From positions 1 through 49,028 of the forward strand of contig JAFQMR010000032.1 of the NCBI GenBank assembly GCA_017396175.1: a stretch of DNA of 49,028 nucleotides. Reading direction: 5' to 3'. The stretch is from Clostridia bacterium. Its GTDB lineage: Bacteria > Bacillota > Clostridia > Oscillospirales > Acutalibacteraceae. The position numbers and the translations under genes were made by a program. The notes beneath the pieces were generated by a model that saw only the letters and a program-made list of their open reading frames with translations, was not told where the DNA came from and did no database searches. This document shows, piece by piece, positions 28,959 to 37,004 of this stretch; the first letter of the stretch is position 1; each line of letters begins with the position of its first letter.

Positions 28959-29095
28959 AGTGATATTTGAACTTCGTTCAAGTGATATTGCCTTCGGCAG
29001 TTTATGGCGAATAAAATATCACTGAAATCGTAAGATTTCAATACCACTTCCCCAAAGGGAAATATCACTCTGTGCGAAAAGCACAGAATATCACT
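28959..29095. repeat. cluster of five 9-mers, AGTGATATT (x2) and its reverse complement AATATCACT (x3)
   Basis: Exact copies at 28959-28967, 28981-28989 (forward) and 29015-29023, 29061-29069, 29087-29095 (inverted). Small hairpins lie between them: TGAAC-TTC-GTTCA, GAAATC-GTAA-GATTTC, CTGTGC-GAAAA-GCACAG. Confidence 0.9.
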
Positions 29096-29146
29096 ATATA
29101 AAAAGTACTACCCGAGGGTCTGCAAAATTAGCGGTAAAATGAAATC

Positions 29147-29175
29147 AGCCACCACGATATTCGTGGTGGCTTTTT
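29147..29175. terminator. strong intrinsic terminator hairpin
   Basis: Stem AGCCACCACGA (29147-29157) / TCGTGGTGGCT (29161-29171), 3-nt loop, TTTTT on the plus strand. It could also serve the minus-strand orphan gene. Confidence 0.75.
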
Positions 29176-29224
29176 GATATGCAGAAAACAAAGAAGATCT
29201 CGCTGTGAGGTGTTAAAACAGGAT

Positions 29225-29851
29225 TTATTTTTTCAACGATGTTCTCCATTCACATATCATTTGATTAACTTCCGTCGTGGTCATTTTTGAAGCAACATCC
29301 CACGCTTGCGGAAAATAAGTTTGCACAAAGCGTACTTGCTCTTGCTTGGGTACATAGTCAGACGGAATCAATAATTTTTGCATATGGATTGCTCTAACAG
29401 TTTGCTTTAAAATTTTTATTTTATCATCTAATGATAGCTGACTATATCTTCGGATTATAATCTTTCCCAATGATTCTTGTTTTAGAATTTCATTATATAC
29501 ATTACCAATTTGTGTTTCTTTTTCAATAGATATAGAAATTTCGGAAGTATATACACCTTTCATGTGAGTGGGGGTAATCGCAGGATTATCACCGTTGCAT
29601 TCATAAATGCTTCCAGTTACCTTGCTATAAAAATCGTAAAGCATATTATCGTAATGTTCGACAAAAACTACTTTACCATTTTCATTTTCACTAAAAGTTA
29701 CCCATTTGTAAGAACGATTCCATATGTAAAATAGAGCAATACAATAGCTTGGCGTAAAACATATCACGGGTTTTGATATTGCATTGGTTTGTGTAGCGAA
29801 CGGTTCTAATTTCTTTATGTTTTGAATTTGAGTTCCGTGATATAGATTCAT
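29225..29851 (-). CDS. AT-rich orphan protein (208 aa), possible ADP-ribosyltransferase-fold protein
   Basis: The ATG at 29851 has a GGGGGA RBS 7 nt upstream; the listed ATG at 29866 has none. The N-terminus 'MNLYHGTQIQNIKKL' is followed by 'VICFTPSYCIALFY' and 'GSIYE'. The functional call is inference only. Confidence 0.55.
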   Translation of the reverse strand: MNLYHGTQIQNIKKLEPFATQTNAISKPVICFTPSYCIALFYIWNRSYKWVTFSENENGKVVFVEHYDNMLYDFYSKVTGSIYECNGDNPAITPTHMKGVYTSEISISIEKETQIGNVYNEILKQESLGKIIIRRYSQLSLDDKIKILKQTVRAIHMQKLLIPSDYVPKQEQVRFVQTYFPQAWDVASKMTTTEVNQMICEWRTSLKK

Positions 29852-29884
29852 ATCAATATCCCCCATAACTTTTGGTACACTAAT

Positions 29885-29913
29885 ATTGTATTATAAAATG
29901 GGAACATTGTCAA
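29885..29913 (-). promoter_or_regulatory. near-consensus sigma-A promoter for the orphan gene
   Basis: On the minus strand: TTGACA (29913-29908), 17-nt spacer, TACAAT (29890-29885). Confidence 0.6.
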
Positions 29914-30130
29914 GGAACATCAATCGTAAAGCCATTTTGTGGTGCTTGCGTCTTGGGCAAGCATAGCGCGTGGACGTCCAACGCTATTTGGCGGCGCCCA
30001 CCTCGCACCGTCCCTGCGCTCACGCTGAGACAATATCGGGCAGAAGCCCGAACCCACGATCCGCAGAGGTATGACGTACAAAGGCTCCCTTGTGCAAAGG
30101 GAGCCTTTGGCAAGTTTCCACCGACAGAAA

Positions 30131-30170
30131 AACACCACCAAAGAAAATTCCTTGGTGGTGTTCGTGTTTT
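30131..30170. terminator. terminator-like hairpin
   Basis: 11-bp stem AACACCACCAA (30131-30141) / TTGGTGGTGTT (30152-30162), with T-rich flanks on both strands. Confidence 0.45.
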
Positions 30171-30251
30171 CTCCGCTAAGAATGCAGAGAAGAAAAAGAG
30201 TTTTGTTTTCTCTTCTTCGGGTAGTTTTTTGTCTTATACTGTTACAAGCAG

Positions 30252-30279
30252 GGAATTTGTGCGCCAAATTCCGTTTTTA
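30252..30279 (+). terminator. terminator-like hairpin
   Basis: Stem GGAATTTG (30252-30259) / CAAATTCC (30265-30272) followed by GTTTTTATT. Confidence 0.45.
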
Positions 30280-30344
30280 TTAAAGGTAACTATCCTTAGG
30301 GAACCTGTTCTTTGACCGACGCTTTTTTATTTATCACAAAATCA

Positions 30345-30381
30345 CAAAAAATCTCCCGCTCTGTAAAAGAGCGGGAGATTT
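30345..30381 (-). terminator. intrinsic terminator of the dehydrogenase-complex operon
   Basis: Stem AAATCTCCCGCTC / GAGCGGGAGATTT (30349-30361 / 30369-30381). On the minus strand it is followed by TTTTTTGTGATTTT. Confidence 0.75.
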
Positions 30382-30404
30382 GATTTTTATTGAAAGGGAA
30401 GCGA

Positions 30405-32882
30405 TTAAACGCCTTCTTTTGCCTTTCTGATCTGCTCGAGAGGAGTGTAGTTCTTAACGGAAACGTGACCCTTAAGAGGAATAAGCTTCTCGTTGATAGC
30501 GTCGAGGATCCACTCGGGCTGGGGGAAGAACTCCTTGTCGTACTCGAAAGCGGGAGTGATCCAGTTTTCAGAGCCTACAACAGCAGGCGGTGCATCGAGG
30601 TAATCGAATGCAAGCTCGGTGATGTTTCTTGCCATATCGTTGAGAACAGAGCCTCTGGAAACAGCGTCGGAAGCAAGGAGGATCTTGCCGGTCTTCTTAA
30701 CGGACTCGATGATGGGCTCATAGTTAAGAGGAGTTACGGAACGTGCATCGATGATCTCAGCAGAGAGACCGTATTTCTCTTCAAGAGTCTTTGCAGCTTC
30801 CAAAGCTCTGTAAAGAGTTGCGCCAACGGTAAGGATAGTGATATCTTTACCTTCCTTCTTAACGTCGGGCTCGCCGAAGGGGATCTCATAGTAGCCCTCG
30901 GGAACGCCACCCTCGTGGAACTGCTCGCCGAGATCGTAGATTCTCTGGCTCTCGAAGAATACAACGGGGTCGGTGCCCATCAAAGCGGTATTCATAAGAC
31001 CCTTAGCATCGTAAGGAGTTACGGGGAATACTACCTTGAGGCCGGGGATGTGGTTACAGAGAGCAGTCCAGTCCTGAGAGTGCTGTGCACCGTACTTGGA
31101 ACCAACGGAAACACGGAGAACAACGGGCATCTTAAGACCGCCTGCAGACATAGCCTGCCATTTTGCGAGCTGGTTGAATATCTCGTCGCCTGCGCAACCG
31201 ATGAAGTCAGCATACATGAGCTCAACGATTACACGGCCGCCTGCCATACCGTAGCCAACAGCGGTACCGACGATAGCGGATTCGGCGATGGGAGAGTTGA
31301 AGAGTCTGTGATAGGGGATAGCTTCGGTAAGACCACGGTAAACGGAGAATGCACCGTTCCAGTCTCTGACGTCCTCACCGTAAGCGATAAGGGTAGGATC
31401 GGTGTAGTATTTGTCGAAGATAGCTTCGAAGATACCGTCACGGATGTTGTAAACCTTAGCCTTGGAGTAGGGCTTGCCCTTCTCGTCAAAAGCGTAACGT
31501 GCCTTATTCTTTATCTGAATAACTCTGGGGTTTTCTTCCTTGTTTTCCATAAGAACTTCAGGCTTTGCATCGAGCATCTTCTCAACCTTCTCGTTGGAGA
31601 ACATGAGGTTTTCGATGAAGTCGGGGTTCTTTTCAAAATCGGTGTAGGGAGAGATCTCGAGGTCGGAAGCAAGCTCGAACATTGCTCTGTTTCTTGCAGC
31701 AGCAAGCTCTTCAACTGCCTTAAGCTCGTCCTCGGTTACAACGCCGGACTTAAGAAGGTCAGCGGGGAATGCCTTGATGGGATCGTGTGCTGCCCACTCC
31801 TCAAGCTCCTCTTTGGTACGGTAGGTCATAACGTCGGAGGTGGAGTGACCGCTCAAACGGTAGGTGACAACGTCGAGAAGAACGGGGCCGTTGCCCTTGT
31901 TGATCTCAGCGATCTTTCTCTTGTAGCACTCGATGAGAGCAAGAGGATTCCAACCGTCAACTCTTTCAGCGTTCATGCCGTTCTCAGCCATAGCGCCGAG
32001 TCTTGCGAGATCGCCGTAAGCCATGGTCTCACCCTTGGTCTGACCGCCCATGCCGTAGCTGTTGTTGTTGAAGTTGTAGATTATGGGAAGACCGCCCTTG
32101 TAGTCGTCGCCCCAAAGCTCGCGCATCTGGTCCATGTTAGCGAAGTTCATAGACTCGTAAACGGGACCTCTTGCAGCAGCACCGTCACCTGCATTGGCAA
32201 CGATGATACCCTTCTGCTTGTTGCACTTCTTGAAGAGAGCAACACCGGTACCTACGGGTGCGCTTCCGCCAACGATAGCGTTGTTGGGGAATATACCGAA
32301 GGGAAGGAAGAAAGCGTGCATAGAGCCGCCGAGGCCTCTTGAGAAGCCGTTATCCTTAGCAAAGAGCTCAGCCATAAGACCGTAGAGGAAGAATTCCTTA
32401 GCCTGTGCTTTGATATCGGTGGTCTTGGAGTGCTTTTTGATGATATCGTAAAGTCTGCCGCCCTGAACGGTTTCCATTATCTCAACGAGTCTTTCCTCGG
32501 AGAGCTTCTTGATAGCGGACATACCCTTTGCGATAACCTCGTGGTGAGAACGGTGAGTACCGAAGATGAAGTCGTTCTCGTCGAGGAGGTAAGCCTGACC
32601 TACTGCGGTAGCTTCCTCACCGATAGCAAGGTGAGAAGGACCGGGATAGGTGAAAGCCTTGTTGTTGTAGTTGGCTTCGAGCTTAATGGTCTGAAGCATA
32701 GTCTCGAACTCACGGATCGAGAGCATATCCTCGTAGATGCCGAGGAGGTCGGCTTTGGTGAAGTTGCCTTCAGCGACTTCTTCCTTTATTGTCTTTTTGT
32801 ACTGACAAACGGGAATGTCCTTGAAGGTGATCTTGCGAGCCTTGTGAAGGGGTGCGTAGTTAACGTGTTGTGACTTAGGCAT
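30405..32882 (-). CDS. fused E1 alpha-beta component of a 2-oxoacid (acetoin/pyruvate-type) dehydrogenase complex, TPP-dependent
   Basis: 825 aa. The N-terminal half is E1-alpha-like with the TPP motif 'GDGAAARGPVYESMNFA'. The C-terminal half is E1-beta / transketolase-pyrimidine-binding-like. AAGGAG RBS. Confidence 0.8.
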   Translation of the reverse strand: MPKSQHVNYAPLHKARKITFKDIPVCQYKKTIKEEVAEGNFTKADLLGIYEDMLSIREFETMLQTIKLEANYNNKAFTYPGPSHLAIGEEATAVGQAYLLDENDFIFGTHRSHHEVIAKGMSAIKKLSEERLVEIMETVQGGRLYDIIKKHSKTTDIKAQAKEFFLYGLMAELFAKDNGFSRGLGGSMHAFFLPFGIFPNNAIVGGSAPVGTGVALFKKCNKQKGIIVANAGDGAAARGPVYESMNFANMDQMRELWGDDYKGGLPIIYNFNNNSYGMGGQTKGETMAYGDLARLGAMAENGMNAERVDGWNPLALIECYKRKIAEINKGNGPVLLDVVTYRLSGHSTSDVMTYRTKEELEEWAAHDPIKAFPADLLKSGVVTEDELKAVEELAAARNRAMFELASDLEISPYTDFEKNPDFIENLMFSNEKVEKMLDAKPEVLMENKEENPRVIQIKNKARYAFDEKGKPYSKAKVYNIRDGIFEAIFDKYYTDPTLIAYGEDVRDWNGAFSVYRGLTEAIPYHRLFNSPIAESAIVGTAVGYGMAGGRVIVELMYADFIGCAGDEIFNQLAKWQAMSAGGLKMPVVLRVSVGSKYGAQHSQDWTALCNHIPGLKVVFPVTPYDAKGLMNTALMGTDPVVFFESQRIYDLGEQFHEGGVPEGYYEIPFGEPDVKKEGKDITILTVGATLYRALEAAKTLEEKYGLSAEIIDARSVTPLNYEPIIESVKKTGKILLASDAVSRGSVLNDMARNITELAFDYLDAPPAVVGSENWITPAFEYDKEFFPQPEWILDAINEKLIPLKGHVSVKNYTPLEQIRKAKEGV

Positions 32883-32921
32883 TTTTATTACTCCTTTTTA
32901 CAGATTTTATAAAAATTCAAT

Positions 32922-34289
32922 TTATATCATGAAAAGTGCTTCACGGATGATCTCGGCAACGGAGGGATGGGGGAATACGAATTCCTTGATATCATCGATC
33001 TTCATTTCAGCCTCAACCATCATAGCTGCGCCGTAGATTATCTCGGAGGCGTAGTTGGTGATCATGTGAACGCCTACAAGACGGTTGTTGTCCTGATCTA
33101 CAACGAGCTTGCAGATTCCGTTTCCGCCTTCGTTTTCAGCAACGTAACGGCCGGAATAGTTCATGGTGATGTTGATCTCTTTTGCATTGATGCCCTTTGC
33201 CTTAGCGCTGTCGATAGTCTCACCTACGGTAGCAACCTCGGGGTTGGTGTAGATGGCTGCGGGGATAGCGTTGTAGCGCATGGTATCCTTTTTGCCGAGA
33301 ATGTTGTTTATAGCAACCTCGGACTCGCGGTAAGCGGTGTGAGCGAGCATAGACTTGCCGTTTACGTCGCCGGTAGCGTAAAGACCGCTGATGTTGGTGC
33401 GCATCTTCTCGTCAGTCTTGATAGCTGCTCTGTCCATCTCAACGTGGAGGTTTTCAAGGCCGATTCCCTGAGTGTTGGGACGGCGTCCGATAGAGAGAAG
33501 GACCTTGTCTGCCTTAACGGTCTTCTTTTCGCCTTTTTCCTCGTATTCAACGAAATCCTTGCCAAAGGAGGTAACCTTGCAGGAGAGCTTGAATTCGATG
33601 CCCTTTGCCTCGTAGTTCTTCTGGAGTATCTTGGAGATCTCCTTGTCGGTGGGACCTGCGATCTTGTCAAGCATTTCTATAACGGTAACGTGAGAGCCCA
33701 CGCTGCTGAAATAGGAAGCCATTTCAAGACCGATAACGCCGCCGCCGATAACTACGAATTCCTTCGGGATAACGGTGAGATCGAGAATTTCTCTGTTGGT
33801 TACCGCAAAGCCTGCCTCAACAGCCTCTTTAAGACCGGGAATGGGAGGAACGACTGCGGTAGAACCGGTGGAGATGATAAGGTTGGTAGCAACGTACTCA
33901 ACGCCGTCAGCTTCAACGTGGAAGCCGTCGGGCTTCTTGCCGAGTATCATACCTCTCTTGTTAACGACGGTAACGCCGTTAGCCTTGAGCTGCATACCGA
34001 TGCCGCCTACGAGAGTTTTAACAACCTTGTTTTTTCTTGCGATAACCTTTTCCTGATCGATAGAGGAAGAGGAGCAGGTTACGCCGTACTTGTCGCCGTG
34101 ACGGGTGTAATCAAAGATTTTTGCGGAGTAGAGAAGTGCTTTAGAGGGAATGCAGCCTTCGTTGAGGCAGGTGCCGCCCAAAGCTCTCTCTTCGATAACG
34201 AGGGTCTTAAGACCTGCGTGCCCCGCGCGCTCGCCTGCAAGATAGCCTGCAGGGCCGCCGCCGAGGACGATAAGATCAAATTTATCCAT
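32922..34289 (-). CDS. lpd: dihydrolipoyl dehydrogenase (E3)
   Basis: 455 aa with the FAD motif 'VLGGGPAGY', the redox disulfide 'CLNEGCIPSK', and a C-terminal interface motif 'FPHPSVAE'. Confidence 0.9.
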   Translation of the reverse strand: MDKFDLIVLGGGPAGYLAGERAGHAGLKTLVIEERALGGTCLNEGCIPSKALLYSAKIFDYTRHGDKYGVTCSSSSIDQEKVIARKNKVVKTLVGGIGMQLKANGVTVVNKRGMILGKKPDGFHVEADGVEYVATNLIISTGSTAVVPPIPGLKEAVEAGFAVTNREILDLTVIPKEFVVIGGGVIGLEMASYFSSVGSHVTVIEMLDKIAGPTDKEISKILQKNYEAKGIEFKLSCKVTSFGKDFVEYEEKGEKKTVKADKVLLSIGRRPNTQGIGLENLHVEMDRAAIKTDEKMRTNISGLYATGDVNGKSMLAHTAYRESEVAINNILGKKDTMRYNAIPAAIYTNPEVATVGETIDSAKAKGINAKEINITMNYSGRYVAENEGGNGICKLVVDQDNNRLVGVHMITNYASEIIYGAAMMVEAEMKIDDIKEFVFPHPSVAEIIREALFMI

Positions 34290-34305
34290 TTTCAGTCACA
34301 CTTTC

Positions 34306-35652
34306 TTATTTCGCAAGGAAAATCGAAAAATTTTCCAAAACGGTGCAAAGCTCACGGAGGAACTTGGAAGCGGGAGCGCCGTCAAGTGCTCTGTGGTCGT
34401 AGGTGAGCGAAAGGTTCATAGCCTGGTAAGCCTTGAGCTCGCCGTTTACTTCTCTTACGCGGGTAGTGAGGGTGTTAACACCGAGGATACCGGTCTGAGG
34501 AGGATTGATAACGGGAGTGAAGCTCTCAACACCGAAGGAACCGAGGTTCGAGATGGTGAAGGAAGCGCCCTGAAGCTTATCGGGATTGATGTTGCCTGCC
34601 TGAGCCTCTTTTGCAAGAGCCTTAGCCTGTGCGGAGATCTCGGAAAGCGAGAGGGTATCTGCATTGCGGAGAGTGGGAACTAAAAGTCCTCTCTCGGTGT
34701 CAACTGCGATACCGATATGAACGTGGTTGAAGTATCTCATGGTATCGCCGCCGATGAGGTTGGCGTTAAGATCCTTGTGGTTCTTAAGAACACGGGATAC
34801 TGCATAGATGATGATGTCGTTGATGGTGATGTTGCCCATACCGAGCTTCTCGGCGTTAGCCTTGAGATTCTTTCTGAATTTAAGGATCTCGGTTGCGTCG
34901 TAGCTCATATTGTGGGTAAGCTGAGCGGTAGTGGTAAGAGAGGTGAGCATCGACTTGGAAATAACCTTGCGAACGTTGCTCATCTTAACGTCCTCATACT
35001 CAGCCTCTGCTGCTGCGGGAGCTGCTGCCTCTGCGGGAGCGGGCTTTGCCATGAGATCTGCAAGAGAAACTCTGCCGCCGATTCCGGTGCCGGTAGCGTT
35101 TTCTGCGCCGTCCTTACCGAATGCTGCGCCGGTGAAGGTAACGCCGCTGTCGATAACTGCCTTGATGTCTCTCTCGATGATTCTTCCGTAGGGACCGGTG
35201 CCTGCTGCAAAACGGATATCAACGTTCTGCTTTGCTGCCAAAGCCTTAGCTCTGGGGGAGATCTTTATCATCTCGCCCTCTGCTCTCTCAACGGGAGCAA
35301 CGGGAGCTGCTGCCTCTGCTGCTGCAGGTGCTGCTGCTTCTGCTACGGGAGCTGCTGCCTCTGCGGGAGCCTCGTCTGCCTCTGCAGCGGGTGCAAAAGC
35401 GGAAACGTCCTCGCCGGGATTGCCGATAACCGCAACGTTGGTAAGGCAGGGAACGTCAGCGCCGTCACCCTGGAATATTTCGAGAAGGGTACCGTCAACC
35501 TTTGCTTCCTCATCAACCGAAGCCTTGTCGGTCTCGTAAGAGAAGAGAAGATCTCCTGCTTTTACAGCATCGCCCTTTTGCTTATGCCATTTGGTGATAA
35601 CACAGCTCTCAACCGATATACCGACCTTAGGCATTATAACTGCTGTTGCCAT
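34306..35652 (-). CDS. dihydrolipoamide acyltransferase (E2) with a single lipoyl domain
   Basis: 448 aa with the lipoyl-Lys motif 'YETDKAS', Ala/Pro-rich linkers, an E3-binding domain ('ISPRAKALAAKQNVD') and the catalytic 'DHRALDG'. Confidence 0.9.
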   Translation of the reverse strand: MATAVIMPKVGISVESCVITKWHKQKGDAVKAGDLLFSYETDKASVDEEAKVDGTLLEIFQGDGADVPCLTNVAVIGNPGEDVSAFAPAAEADEAPAEAAAPVAEAAAPAAAEAAAPVAPVERAEGEMIKISPRAKALAAKQNVDIRFAAGTGPYGRIIERDIKAVIDSGVTFTGAAFGKDGAENATGTGIGGRVSLADLMAKPAPAEAAAPAAAEAEYEDVKMSNVRKVISKSMLTSLTTTAQLTHNMSYDATEILKFRKNLKANAEKLGMGNITINDIIIYAVSRVLKNHKDLNANLIGGDTMRYFNHVHIGIAVDTERGLLVPTLRNADTLSLSEISAQAKALAKEAQAGNINPDKLQGASFTISNLGSFGVESFTPVINPPQTGILGVNTLTTRVREVNGELKAYQAMNLSLTYDHRALDGAPASKFLRELCTVLENFSIFLAK

Positions 35653-35697
35653 TTTTATTCCTCCATATCTAATATAATGTAATTAAATTAAATGTAC

Positions 35698-36969
35698 TTA
35701 GTCAATAACGAGGTCTTTTGCGTTTGCGAGGAGGTATTTTTCAGCCTCTGCGCACCAAAGACCGTTGTTAGCGGAAACGATCTTATCGAGCTCTGCGAAG
35801 AAGGGATCGGTCTTACCGAGCTCTGCAAAGTCAGCGATAGCGGTCATGGGCATAGACTTGTGAGTGTAGACGAGCTTCTTGCCGCCCTTGATGTTGGGAA
35901 GGTTCTTGGTGGTCTCGGCTGCAGAATCAAGTCCGCCTACGTGGGTGATCATCATAGCGGGATTCAAAATGCCCTTTTCCATTTTTGCAAGGCTTTCCTT
36001 CATATCGTCGGTGTTACCGCCGGAGGTACCTACAATGTGAGTGAAGTTGTAGTGAACGTTGTAGAAGTTGAATCTTGCAGAAAAATCGGTCTTGGAGGGG
36101 CCTGCGAAGAAGTTAAGACAGCCGTCCTTACCAAGTATTGCGTCAGCCTGCTCAACGACAGCTGCAACGGGAGCGAAGCAGAATACGTCGTCGTAGCCCT
36201 TGCCGTCGGTGTACTCGAGGAGTGCAGCAACGGGATCCTCAACGGTAGCGGTGTTGAGATATACGAGCTTTACACCGTTCTTGGCAGCCTCTTCAACGGT
36301 GAGTATCTCGGAAGCTCTCTTAAGTCTTGCGTCGTCGATATCGGTAACAACAACGAGAGAAGCCTTTCTCTCAGCGTGGATAGCGTAGTCAACAGCGCCG
36401 AGACCCATAGGACCTGCACTGGCAAGAAGAGCAAGGGTACCGCCCTCTTTGATACCCATGTTGTGAACGTAGGTACCCTGAGGAATATGATAGTTTGCGT
36501 GGTAAGCGCCGACGATGCAGCTCATGGGCTCTGCAAGAGAACCGTAGAAATAAGCGTCGCCGTCGTAAGCCAAAAGGCAGTCGCTTTCCATAACGCAAGA
36601 GGGAACGATAGCGTACATAGAGTCGCCGCCGATGTACTGGAAGGAGTAACCGGGAGCGTCAAGAGAGCCCTTATAGTTCATAGCGGGCTGAATGGCAAAC
36701 TTGTTGCCTGCTTTGAATTGGGAAGCCCATTTGCTTCCTACCTCAACGATCTCGCCGCAGAATTCGTGACCGATGATGATGGGATTTTCCGCAACGTCAT
36801 CGGGAACACGCTTGTGAGCGGGACCCTGAATGGTAGCCTTGTAAGAAGACATACAAAGGCTGTCGGAAATGATCTTAACGAGGATCTCGTCGTCTTTGAT
36901 AGCGGGAAGCTCAAAGGTCTCGAGTCTGAGATCATTTGCACCGTAAAGTCTGAGTGCTGTGTTTTTCAT
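35698..36969 (-). CDS. zinc-dependent MDR-family alcohol/polyol dehydrogenase with an extended C-terminus
   Basis: 423 aa with 'GHEFCGEIVEVG' (Zn ligands), the nucleotide-binding 'LLASAGPMGLGAV', and about 70 extra C-terminal residues compared with the usual MDR length of about 350 aa. AGGAGG RBS. Confidence 0.75.
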   Translation of the reverse strand: MKNTALRLYGANDLRLETFELPAIKDDEILVKIISDSLCMSSYKATIQGPAHKRVPDDVAENPIIIGHEFCGEIVEVGSKWASQFKAGNKFAIQPAMNYKGSLDAPGYSFQYIGGDSMYAIVPSCVMESDCLLAYDGDAYFYGSLAEPMSCIVGAYHANYHIPQGTYVHNMGIKEGGTLALLASAGPMGLGAVDYAIHAERKASLVVVTDIDDARLKRASEILTVEEAAKNGVKLVYLNTATVEDPVAALLEYTDGKGYDDVFCFAPVAAVVEQADAILGKDGCLNFFAGPSKTDFSARFNFYNVHYNFTHIVGTSGGNTDDMKESLAKMEKGILNPAMMITHVGGLDSAAETTKNLPNIKGGKKLVYTHKSMPMTAIADFAELGKTDPFFAELDKIVSANNGLWCAEAEKYLLANAKDLVID

Positions 36970-37004
36970 TATGTATCCTCCTAAAATGTATTACTGTAAT
37001 TATA

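Noticed and set aside
29041-29060. An 8-nt match (GAAGTGGT, reverse strand) to the tRNA-Ser D-arm at the left compositional junction, considered as a possible displaced att/tRNA fragment.
   Set aside because: Only 8 nt match, in the opposite orientation, and the flanks do not continue the tRNA sequence. This is too weak to call an att site.
30000-30075. A CTGAGA box (30025-30030) followed by ACCC..GATCCG in the GC-rich patch, considered as a TPP (THI-box) riboswitch.
   Set aside because: The remaining conserved THI-box elements (the ACCTGATCTGG..CCAGCG pairing) are absent, and no gene lies downstream on that strand.
30390-36984. Long plus-strand ORFs across the dehydrogenase operon: 30390..32342, 32967..34406, 34717..35682 and 35692..36984.
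   Set aside because: They are antisense to four genes with unambiguous catalytic motifs. Their translations are Val/Gly/Leu/Ser/Cys-rich with no recognisable domains, so they are shadow ORFs caused by biased codon usage.
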